Part shown: piece by piece, positions 25,047-33,878 of the stretch | Layout of the letters: each line of letters starts with the position of its first letter | Position numbering within the stretch: the first letter of the stretch is position 1 | Virus record (IMG/VR): IMGVR_UViG_3300023174_000199 | Span: 1-56,618 of that record | From: a virus | Lineage: Duplodnaviria > Caudoviricetes | Direction: 5' to 3' (one strand) | DNA length: 56,618 nucleotides | Translations under genes and position numbers: made by a program | Notes under the pieces: model-generated | The model's input: the letters and a program-made list of their open reading frames with translations, nothing else | The model's database searches: none | What the model was told of the DNA's origin: nothing

Positions 25047-26131
25047 TGCAAAGAATATTTAACAAAGACGGCTTCAATTGGTGGATCGGTGTTGTTGAAG
25101 ATAGAATGGACCCTGAAAAGCTAGGACGATGTAGGGTTCGTATCTTTGGTTATCATACTGATAGTAGAGACTTATTACCTGTAAAAGATCTCCCTTGGGC
25201 AATCCCTATTCAGCCTATTACATCGGCTGCTACTTCCGGTGTAGGTTCTTCTCCACTTGGTCCTGTTACAGGTACCTGGGTCATGGGCTTCTTCTTAGAT
25301 GGAGAAGACATGCAACAACCAGCTATGCTTGGTACTATATCAACTAAAGCGGCTAAAGCAGCATTTGCAGCCACAGTGGAAAGAGATCCAACTAATAATC
25401 CTAATGATGGTGTACAAAAGAACGCTGCAGGTGAGCCGGTTAAAGATGCATCAGGTGAACCTGTTAAGGCTGGTACGCCTAGTATACCTGGTTGGGAATT
25501 AGGCAAGACATCAGAAAAGTTTGAATCGGGTGGCAAGGGTCCTGGTACAATTAACGATTACAAGGGCGGAGCTGCCGGCGACCTTGGTGGTGCATCTTAC
25601 GGTACGTATCAACTTGCATCATACCTACCTGCGACCATGAAGGATGGTAAGGCAAGGCCTTCACCAAAGAACTCACCTGTATTGCAATTTATTAATAACT
25701 CTAAATTTAAAAACGACTTTAAAGATCTTGAGCCTGCTACAGCTGCCTTCGATGCTAAGTGGGCAGAGGTTGCGGGAAAATCTTCAGCTGAATTTAAAGA
25801 TGATCAACACAACTATGTAAAGAGAAAATATTATGATGTAATGGTGGCAAACCTACAACGTACGGGGTTAGATTTAACTAAGTACGGACCTGCGGTACAA
25901 GATCTTATTTGGTCAACAGCGGTGCAATTTGGGCCAGCAAGAACGTCAATATTTACTGTACCGCTAAAAGGCAAAAGCGAGTTGACAGAAAAAGATATTG
26001 TTAATTTAGTTAGTGAGTATAAGACTAGCCAGGTACCTGAGTTGTTTAAATCTAGCTCTGAAAATATCCGTACTAGTGTTAAATCAAGATACGCAAGCGA
26101 AAAGTCAATACTATTAGGGATGGTTGCATGA
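25046..26131 (+). CDS. 5: gp5 N-terminal part: OB-fold plus lysozyme-like (VgrG3-type muramidase-like) domain
   Basis: WWIGVVEDRMDPEKLGRCRVRIFG OB-fold; LGKTSEKFESG...GGASYGTYQ...STAVQFG domain. Confidence 0.85.
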   Translation: MQRIFNKDGFNWWIGVVEDRMDPEKLGRCRVRIFGYHTDSRDLLPVKDLPWAIPIQPITSAATSGVGSSPLGPVTGTWVMGFFLDGEDMQQPAMLGTISTKAAKAAFAATVERDPTNNPNDGVQKNAAGEPVKDASGEPVKAGTPSIPGWELGKTSEKFESGGKGPGTINDYKGGAAGDLGGASYGTYQLASYLPATMKDGKARPSPKNSPVLQFINNSKFKNDFKDLEPATAAFDAKWAEVAGKSSAEFKDDQHNYVKRKYYDVMVANLQRTGLDLTKYGPAVQDLIWSTAVQFGPARTSIFTVPLKGKSELTEKDIVNLVSEYKTSQVPELFKSSSENIRTSVKSRYASEKSILLGMVA

Positions 26132-28476
26132 GTGATATTCTTTCCAAACAGATTAGCGGTGTTTTAGAGAACGCAATCTTTAATCAGATTAATAGTCTTA
26201 ACTTAAAAATACCTAATGCGACTGCTCGAGCAATCACATCAAGGATAGCTGAAGTGTATGCAGTAGAAATTGCATCGACGGTTTTTAAAACATCTAATCA
26301 ACAGCTGACAAGCATACCAGCTAATATGATTGGTATAAAGAACCCTGTTAATATATTAACTGGTAATTTAGGTAGTACCGGGGTAACAAACAACTTAAGT
26401 AATATTCTTGATGTACAGCTTACTGCTCAAATTACAGATAAATTAGTTACATCTCTTGAAGCTGAATTAAAACAAAAACTACCCGCTAATACTAGAAACC
26501 TTATTAACTTTGGAGGTCTAGCAGCAACACTTGTTCAATCTCTAACACCTACAGTTTCAGGTGTCGTTGGTACTGCTTTATCATCTTTTACCGATAGTTT
26601 GTTTGGTAGAGGTGGTACACCTAAGCAACTGATACCAAATGTAGATCAACTGTTTGCCAGCTTCTCAGGTGACCCTGCACAAGCATTAGACAAGATAGAT
26701 GAGAACTTTGCACAGTCATCTGCAAATAAGTACCTCAATCAAGCTAAAAACTTTGATATTAATAATAAAGATAATCAAGATAAATTAGTTGTACTTAAAA
26801 AAGGGTTTACTGACCCTGATGCTAATTACCCAACAAAAGAGTACGCTGGTAGATCTGATACTAATAAACTTGCAACAGGGGATGCCGCCGGTACTATTAT
26901 TCAAGAAAAAAATAATGGTCGAATGAGAGGTGCAAAATTACCAGGTGGTGAGGCTTGGGATGAACCTGAGTCAGCTTATAAAGGTGAATACCCGTACAAC
27001 AAAGTTACGCAAACAGAATCTGGTCATATTATTGAATTAGATGATACTCCGGGATGCGAACGTATTCATATCTACCACAAGTCAGGTACCTATGTAGAGA
27101 TTGATTCTAATGGATCTATTATAAAAAGAACAAAAGGCTCATCGTACGAAATTATTGATCGTAATGGGAAGATAGCAATTTCCGGTGAAGCAGATATTTC
27201 TGTAAACGGCGCATGTAACATATTTGTTGGCAATGACGCTAATATTGAGGTTGAAGGCGATACCAATATTACTTGTCATAATGACATAACAGCACAAGCA
27301 GGAGGTACATTGAACCTATCTGCATCTGAGACAATGAACCTTACTAGCCCAAATATTAACATACAGGCTTATCAGGTTATGAATTTAACCTCTAATGTTG
27401 AGTTAAATTTACATTCAACAGATACATTGAATATGCGATCTAATGCAAACGTACTTGTGTATACTGAGGATTACTTCTTTAAATCAAACACTGATTGTTT
27501 TATTCAGGTTGAAGGCAATCAACATAATAAAACAAAGGGTAATCATTTCAACGCTGTAGAGGGTAGCTTTAATAATAAAGTAACCGGTGATATTAAAAAT
27601 CAAGCCAGTGGTAAGATTAGCAACAAAGCCGGTGGTAATATTGATAACGATGGTTCTAACTTCCATATGAACTCCGGTACCTCCGTAGCAGCAGATAGCG
27701 CTGAACCAAGTAAAGAGGCTAATATTGCAGGTATCTCTAACATTGGTATTATGGCAAGCAGAAAAGATATTGTTTATTTTACCATGCATGATCCTGCACC
27801 ATTAACCCTAAGTGATTCTGGTACATTAGACCTTGAGGAACAAAGTGCCGGTAAAGCAGAAAAAAGAGCACATGAAGATAAGTTAAGAACATCAGGGGTT
27901 GCTTCGACCGCTGATTTAAATCAAAACCCTGTGACGCAAGATAGTGCAAGCATATCTTCAACACAAACTATTCAAGTTGCAGGTAATAAAGATTTGCTTA
28001 AAGCTACAAAACTACCCGGTAACTATAATCTATCGCCCAATTTTACACTTGAAATGCTGTCTTCAAAAGCAGCTCTAACAAGGGACCCTATTGAGAGTAC
28101 TGAATTAACATATGGTGAAATTGTATATAACTTACAACTTGTTGCACTTAATATTATGGAGCCAGTTTATAACTTATACCCAAACGCGTTTGTAACATCT
28201 GGGTTTAGGTTAAGAAGTAAATCAACTGGGACATCTCAACACCCGCTAGGCCATGCTGTTGACATTCAATTTAAAGGGGCGTCAAAATCTGATTACTTTG
28301 AAATAGCTAAGCGTTTAGCTAAGGTATTAAAGTATGATCAGCTGTTATTAGAGTTCTGTGCTTATACTAACAACCCTTGGATTCATATTTCGTACACAAG
28401 TAAAAATGATAGAAGTCAAGTATTGACTTTCTGGAATCATAAAACCCACTCACAAGGGCTGACTCAGTTAGCATAA
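26128..28476 (+). CDS. gp5 C-terminal part: beta-helix spike plus peptidase M15A domain
   Basis: YPYNKVTQTESGHIIELDDTPG.ERIHIYHKSG, beta-helix repeats, then SGFR...SQH..GHAVDI...WIHIS. Confidence 0.85.
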   Translation: MSDILSKQISGVLENAIFNQINSLNLKIPNATARAITSRIAEVYAVEIASTVFKTSNQQLTSIPANMIGIKNPVNILTGNLGSTGVTNNLSNILDVQLTAQITDKLVTSLEAELKQKLPANTRNLINFGGLAATLVQSLTPTVSGVVGTALSSFTDSLFGRGGTPKQLIPNVDQLFASFSGDPAQALDKIDENFAQSSANKYLNQAKNFDINNKDNQDKLVVLKKGFTDPDANYPTKEYAGRSDTNKLATGDAAGTIIQEKNNGRMRGAKLPGGEAWDEPESAYKGEYPYNKVTQTESGHIIELDDTPGCERIHIYHKSGTYVEIDSNGSIIKRTKGSSYEIIDRNGKIAISGEADISVNGACNIFVGNDANIEVEGDTNITCHNDITAQAGGTLNLSASETMNLTSPNINIQAYQVMNLTSNVELNLHSTDTLNMRSNANVLVYTEDYFFKSNTDCFIQVEGNQHNKTKGNHFNAVEGSFNNKVTGDIKNQASGKISNKAGGNIDNDGSNFHMNSGTSVAADSAEPSKEANIAGISNIGIMASRKDIVYFTMHDPAPLTLSDSGTLDLEEQSAGKAEKRAHEDKLRTSGVASTADLNQNPVTQDSASISSTQTIQVAGNKDLLKATKLPGNYNLSPNFTLEMLSSKAALTRDPIESTELTYGEIVYNLQLVALNIMEPVYNLYPNAFVTSGFRLRSKSTGTSQHPLGHAVDIQFKGASKSDYFEIAKRLAKVLKYDQLLLEFCAYTNNPWIHISYTSKNDRSQVLTFWNHKTHSQGLTQLA

Positions 28477-28477
28477 T

Positions 28478-29074
28478 ATGCCTAATAAAGTTGCAGTTGT
28501 ATTTACAAATCAAAGCGGATTTGAATCTGTATCACCAGATCCTCTTGCCGTTATAACTGACCCAGAAGGCGGCTCTCAACCTGAACCTGGTATGTTATAC
28601 CTACCTACAATATATGCAGGCTCAGCTTATTCTATTGATATTCAATTTACAGTTAAATATTACGACCCCATTGCTCCAGATATTCTTTTGGGTACATCTC
28701 TTGCAAGTAATGTTACAACGACCTTCAATTTTGCGCAATTTGGTATGACTGCGACAAAATTAAATGCAAGTACCTATAGGATCTCTGGTACTTACAGTAA
28801 TGCATTTCCAGATGAGTATTATCGTTTTAAAATGAAGAACAATAGCTTACAGGTTCTACCAGCTAATACTACAGAAGATTTTCTTGCATTAGTAGAATAC
28901 AACATGCCACAACCTGTAACAACAAATAAAGAGATGTTATTTAATGTATCTGCTCCTGCAGAATTTAATGGTTCACCAAACATTAACTGGCCATTTACGA
29001 TGTATCAATGGGTGGTTTGGAGATACCAATCTGCAGTCACCAGCGTTCAATCATTAGTTAGTCGAGGAATATAA
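28478..29074 (+). CDS. Hypothetical virion protein
   Basis: 198-aa ORF between gp5 and PAAR. Confidence 0.6.
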   Translation: MPNKVAVVFTNQSGFESVSPDPLAVITDPEGGSQPEPGMLYLPTIYAGSAYSIDIQFTVKYYDPIAPDILLGTSLASNVTTTFNFAQFGMTATKLNASTYRISGTYSNAFPDEYYRFKMKNNSLQVLPANTTEDFLALVEYNMPQPVTTNKEMLFNVSAPAEFNGSPNINWPFTMYQWVVWRYQSAVTSVQSLVSRGI

Positions 29075-29385
29075 TGCCAGCAGTAGGAAGACAAGGGGAT
29101 TCGGTCTTATCACCAGATGGTACAGGGTATAAATGCCGTATGCCTATAAAGACCAGTGTAGGACAAGTAAATTCCAACAGCGTTTTTGCAAATGGTATCT
29201 TAGTAGTTGTCCAAGGTAATCAAGTAACACCACACCCAAAATCGGGATGCACGCCAGACAACTCTACCTTAAGTTCCTACTCATCAACAGTATTTGTTGG
29301 TGGTAAGGGGGTGGGTAGAATCGGTGACCAATATTCAGATAACATAATAATTAAAGGCTCTGAGTCAGTCTTTGCCGGTGGATGA
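29074..29385 (+). CDS. PAAR spike-tip protein (gp5.4-like)
   Basis: MPAVGRQGD, SSTVFVGGKGVGRIGD, GSESVFAG. Confidence 0.88.
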   Translation: MPAVGRQGDSVLSPDGTGYKCRMPIKTSVGQVNSNSVFANGILVVVQGNQVTPHPKSGCTPDNSTLSSYSSTVFVGGKGVGRIGDQYSDNIIIKGSESVFAGG

Positions 29386-29398
29386 TCTGGTCCGCACC

Positions 29399-29423
29399 TA
29401 TAAATAAAAGAGGGGGATAAATA
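29399..29423 (+). promoter_or_regulatory. Tandem late promoters
   Basis: TATAAATA 29399-29406 and GATAAATA 29416-29423. Confidence 0.75.
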
Positions 29424-29427
29424 GTAA

Positions 29428-29823
29428 ATGGCTACTAGAAATACACGACAATACTCGGATTTAAATCTGCTGTTTACTACCAATCAAGATACATTGGATA
29501 TTACCAAGAAGTACGATGATGAGGCAGTTAAGACATCCCTCAAAAATTTAATTCAAACCAAAAATTACGAAAGACCTTTTCATCCCGAAATTGGATGCCA
29601 GATCTTTAGTCTCTTATTTGAAAACTTTACGCCGATAACAAAGCAGGTTATGAAAAGAACTATCTTTGATGTAATCGAAAAGTTTGAACCAAGAGTAACA
29701 GTGTTAGATGTTAGGGTGAGAGATAGAATTGATGCAAATGATATAAGCATTGAATTAGTATACAGATTAAACAATAGCGATAGACCTATCACGCTTAACA
29801 CCGCAATATCCAGAGTAAGGTAA
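29428..29823 (+). CDS. 25: Baseplate wedge protein gp25
   Basis: YSDLNL, ERPFHPEIG, FEPRV motifs. Confidence 0.93.
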   Translation: MATRNTRQYSDLNLLFTTNQDTLDITKKYDDEAVKTSLKNLIQTKNYERPFHPEIGCQIFSLLFENFTPITKQVMKRTIFDVIEKFEPRVTVLDVRVRDRIDANDISIELVYRLNNSDRPITLNTAISRVR

Positions 29824-29825
29824 TA

Positions 29826-31667
29826 ATGTCTAATTTAAGAATAGCCGAGCTTGATTTCGATCAAATCAAGACAAATTTAAAAACATTCCTACAAAGTCAA
29901 GATCAGTTTACAGACTACGACTTTGAGGGTTCTGGTCTTTCGGTCCTTATTGATTTGCTTGCCTACAACACCCATTATAACGCATACCTTGCTAATATGG
30001 TTGTTAATGAGATGTTCTTAGATTCAGCTGTAAAGAGATCTTCAGCGGTATCTATTGCTAAGCATTTGGGTTATACACCAAGATCAGTTAAAGGTGCTCA
30101 GGCTACTGTTAACCTGACAGTTAATGCCCCAACGGGGTTTCCAAACAATTTGACGCTTGAGAGATATACCCCTTTTGCAACAAAGATTAATAACTTAAGT
30201 TATACTTTTTATAATCTTGAACCAATCACAATTCAACCCTCGGCAGGGGTATATCGCTTTCCTGGCGTAAACCTTAAGGAGGGTGTGCTTGCGGAGTACA
30301 GCTTTGGCGTTGTAGCACCCGGTCCAGAAGAAAAATATATTATACAAAGTACCAATATTGATGTTACCTCTATGTTGGTAACTGTGCAGGTATCTGCTAC
30401 TGATACCTCAACCACAACGTATACACTTTCAACTGATATTTCAGGGTTAACCGACACTTCAACAAATTATTTTATTGAAGAAAATACACAGGGGTTGTAT
30501 CAAATATTTTTTGGTGATGGTGTAATTGGAAAGAAGCTGTCACCAGGTAATATAATTAGAGTTCGTTATTTAAACTCTTCCGGTGCTGCTTGTAATATTT
30601 CAAGCACAATTGCGCAAGACTTTACACCTGATGCTACAATTGGGGGATCAACGAGCATTGTTGTTCAAGTTATAAGTAATTCTACAAACGGTGCAGATAA
30701 AGAGACAATTTCCTCTATTAAATTTAATGCCCCTCTTGCAAACTTAGCTCGCAATAGAGCAGTTACAAAGAGAGATTACGAGACACTTATTAAGGCAAAT
30801 TATACTCAAATTGAAGCTGTTGCTGTCTGGGGTGGTGAAGAAAACGAAACACCTGCGTATGGTCGTGTCTTTATTTCCTTAAAGCCGTACATGGGTTACA
30901 CTGTAGATAATATTGTTAAAGATTCAATTAAAAATACTATTCTTAAAGACAGACAAGTAATTACTGTTACACCAGAATTTGTTGATCCTGATTATATTTA
31001 CATTAACTTAAGTGTACAGGTTAAATACAATAAAAACATAACTACCCAATCAGCATCTATTATTGGTACACAAGTAGATACAGCGTTAAGAAATTATTTT
31101 GCTTCAGATTTGCAACAGTTTAATAAAACGTTTTATTACTCAAAGGTTATAGAAACTGTTGTAGCCTCTAACCCAGCCATTGTTGGCGCACTTGTAAGTT
31201 TGTCTTTACAAAAACGTATTGTACCAATCCTTAATGTTAATAATTCTTTTGTTAATACTAACAGTATTAAATTTGGAAACAAATTACATCCTGGTGAGAT
31301 TACCTCGACTAAATTCTATATCGTTTATGATAATGAAATTACTCAGGTAACAATGAAAGACACGCCAGATGTAATGCCGCCTGATTATAACGGAACTGGT
31401 ACTATTAAGTTATACAGGGTTGATGATAATACATTCGTATCTACTGTCGGTGCTGTTAATTATGCAACAGGCGTAATTACAATTAGTAGCCTAACAGTAG
31501 TTGGCTTTCCACCCGATCAGTTTGATATTCGCATAACTGGTGCTGTACAAGAGGAAAGTTATGATGTTGAGCCTTTGAGAAATCAAATCGTAGTTGTTGA
31601 TGATAGTGATACAAACAGTATCGCAGGTAGAACTGCTGGTTTAACTGTAACCGTGGCAGCCATATAA
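29826..31667 (+). CDS. 6: Baseplate wedge protein gp6
   Basis: LDFDQIK...DYDFEGS...LAYNTHY; RAVT..DY; WGGEEN. Confidence 0.95.
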   Translation: MSNLRIAELDFDQIKTNLKTFLQSQDQFTDYDFEGSGLSVLIDLLAYNTHYNAYLANMVVNEMFLDSAVKRSSAVSIAKHLGYTPRSVKGAQATVNLTVNAPTGFPNNLTLERYTPFATKINNLSYTFYNLEPITIQPSAGVYRFPGVNLKEGVLAEYSFGVVAPGPEEKYIIQSTNIDVTSMLVTVQVSATDTSTTTYTLSTDISGLTDTSTNYFIEENTQGLYQIFFGDGVIGKKLSPGNIIRVRYLNSSGAACNISSTIAQDFTPDATIGGSTSIVVQVISNSTNGADKETISSIKFNAPLANLARNRAVTKRDYETLIKANYTQIEAVAVWGGEENETPAYGRVFISLKPYMGYTVDNIVKDSIKNTILKDRQVITVTPEFVDPDYIYINLSVQVKYNKNITTQSASIIGTQVDTALRNYFASDLQQFNKTFYYSKVIETVVASNPAIVGALVSLSLQKRIVPILNVNNSFVNTNSIKFGNKLHPGEITSTKFYIVYDNEITQVTMKDTPDVMPPDYNGTGTIKLYRVDDNTFVSTVGAVNYATGVITISSLTVVGFPPDQFDIRITGAVQEESYDVEPLRNQIVVVDDSDTNSIAGRTAGLTVTVAAI

Positions 31668-33373
31668 TGTCAGCATTAAGATTAAAAGAAAAACTGTCTA
31701 CGCTGGTTCCTGACCAGCTACCGGAGTTTATCAAGACAGATTATACAACATTTGTAGCTTTTCTCGAAGCATACTATCAATTCTTAGAACAAGACCAAAA
31801 TGCCCAAGAGTTACTCCAAAACGCTCGATCGTACAGAGACGTAGATACAACAGTAGATTCTTTTGTTGAATATTTTTTAAAACAGTATTGTGCAGATCTT
31901 CCAAGAAGCGCACCTGTTAATAAGAGACAGATAGTTAAACAAATTAAAGATCTTTATAACTACAAGGGTAGTGAAAAGTCATATAAGCTTTTATTCCAAT
32001 TATTGTTTAAGAAGACTCCAGAGTTCTTTTATCCAAATACGCAGGTTTTAAAAACCTCTGATGGTAAATGGATTCAGCAAGTTTCAATTTATGTGAAAAC
32101 AATTGTAGGCAATCCTGATAGTATTGCAGGTAAAGTTGCAACGGTTATTTCAAATAATAATAAATCCCTTGTAAATGTTCTACAAAAAAGATACGCAGTT
32201 GGTATTGACCCTGAAAGCGCATCTCCAGATATCACGACTAGAACAAACTTATTTGAATTTATTATAGATAATTCTAAAAACACTCCAATTGAGATTGGCG
32301 ATGTTATTGAGTACGCTGGCTATCGTGGTATTGTCCAGGGCGTACCTTCTGAGGTTAAAGTATTAAATTCAGGTACCGGGTTTAGAGCTGGTGATGTATT
32401 CAAACTTACAACAAGATACGGCCGTAATACTGCTATTAAAGCAAAAAAAGTTTCAAGCGATGGAAGATTATTAATTGCAGAGTTTATTAGATTTGGTATT
32501 AATTATAATGAAGATTTTTACGCTTATATTTCTGCGACAGATAAAGTACTACCGCAACCATCGTTTGCCTTTGGTGCTGGGTCTGTAGCTCTAACTGATA
32601 GCACGACAGGTTTTAGTGAAGTCGGTGACATTATTGTACCTACATATTCGATTACAGCTGTTGAAGGATCATACGCTGGTGATGTAATAAGAAGCTTTGT
32701 AAGTGATTCGCAAACGTTTACAGGTGGTACATTAGGTGAAGGTGCTGATGCGTTCTTATTAATTAAAATTGGAGCAAAAGCCCGGTACCCCGGTTATTAT
32801 AAGAACAATGACGGCTTTATTAGTGATGATATATATCTAGAAAATGCAGATTACTATCAACCGTTCTCTTATGTATTAAAAATTGATGAGCAACTAACTA
32901 ATTATAAGAAAGCTGTTCTTGATATTCTTCATCCTGCTGGGTTAAAATTATTCAGCGATTATTCTATTAATAATAGTTTTGATCTATATGCGCAAGTTAC
33001 AACAACCCTGAGGTTCTTAACAAGCCAATTTGAAGATAGGTATACGGTTACAGATAGCAATGCAAAGGTAGTCACAAAGAATTCTATCGACAGCGTTGGA
33101 ACATTATTGCATAGCCGGGTAAAAATTGTTACACGCGGACTTGAAAAAGAACTTGTCGTACCTTCAGACGTAATTGCAAATACAACTTCAAAACCAATTG
33201 CAAATAATATAAGCCGGGTAGGTGTTATTTTTGGTAGTCTCTATAAACAAGAAGCCAAATTTATTAGAGATTATTATTCAATTGATGCATTTGAACCTGA
33301 ATATAGTGCAGAGTATGATAAGATCATATCTAGTGATCGAATAAATATAACAATGAATAGCATTCCTGTCTAA
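31667..33373 (+). CDS. 7: Baseplate wedge protein gp7-like
   Basis: QLPEFI...FLEAYY, KGSEKSYKLLF, YYQPFSYV, LHPAGLKLF; follows gp6. Confidence 0.75.
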   Translation: MSALRLKEKLSTLVPDQLPEFIKTDYTTFVAFLEAYYQFLEQDQNAQELLQNARSYRDVDTTVDSFVEYFLKQYCADLPRSAPVNKRQIVKQIKDLYNYKGSEKSYKLLFQLLFKKTPEFFYPNTQVLKTSDGKWIQQVSIYVKTIVGNPDSIAGKVATVISNNNKSLVNVLQKRYAVGIDPESASPDITTRTNLFEFIIDNSKNTPIEIGDVIEYAGYRGIVQGVPSEVKVLNSGTGFRAGDVFKLTTRYGRNTAIKAKKVSSDGRLLIAEFIRFGINYNEDFYAYISATDKVLPQPSFAFGAGSVALTDSTTGFSEVGDIIVPTYSITAVEGSYAGDVIRSFVSDSQTFTGGTLGEGADAFLLIKIGAKARYPGYYKNNDGFISDDIYLENADYYQPFSYVLKIDEQLTNYKKAVLDILHPAGLKLFSDYSINNSFDLYAQVTTTLRFLTSQFEDRYTVTDSNAKVVTKNSIDSVGTLLHSRVKIVTRGLEKELVVPSDVIANTTSKPIANNISRVGVIFGSLYKQEAKFIRDYYSIDAFEPEYSAEYDKIISSDRINITMNSIPV

Positions 33374-33393
33374 AATTTAATACAAACACGTAC

Positions 33394-33401
33394 CATAAAT
33401 A
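33394..33401 (+). promoter_or_regulatory. Late promoter variant
   Basis: CATAAATA in an intergenic position. Confidence 0.65.
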
Positions 33402-33420
33402 AGGTAACAAAGGAGATAAC

Positions 33421-33870
33421 ATGAGTAATCTAAATGATGCAATCAAGATGAGGGGCGATCTGGTTATTACAAAGACCGCTGAGAACGGTTCAGTAGAAAC
33501 TGTTAAGGTACCTAATCTGGTTGTAACTGTTGGTAAAGGGTTTATTGCAAACCGCATGGCTGCCAACGTCACTAATATTATGTCGCATATGGCTATTGGT
33601 TCAGGTAACACTGCACCAACAACAAGCGATACTATTATGGAAGCTGAACTTGCAAGAGTCACTTTGTCTGTTGCAGGTGGTACACCAAGTCAAAATACGG
33701 TGACCTATTCTGCTACATTCCCAGCTGGAACAGGTACAGGTGCATTAACTGAGGCAGGCGTATTAAATGCTGCTAACACCGGTACACTACTATGCAGAAC
33801 AGTATTTCCAGTTATTAACAAACAAGCTGCTGACGTTATTGCAATTTCATGGGTTGTGTCAATCACATAA
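33421..33870 (+). CDS. Virion structural protein (tail-collar-like)
   Basis: NLVVTVG...MAIGSG...TEAGV...LCRTVF pattern. Confidence 0.65.
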   Translation: MSNLNDAIKMRGDLVITKTAENGSVETVKVPNLVVTVGKGFIANRMAANVTNIMSHMAIGSGNTAPTTSDTIMEAELARVTLSVAGGTPSQNTVTYSATFPAGTGTGALTEAGVLNAANTGTLLCRTVFPVINKQAADVIAISWVVSIT

Positions 33871-33878
33871 AGTAAAAT

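Noticed and set aside
26100-26135. Frameshift joining the two gp5 ORFs
   Set aside because: No slippery heptamer; an ordinary ATGA stop-start overlap with an upstream AGGGA SD-like sequence.
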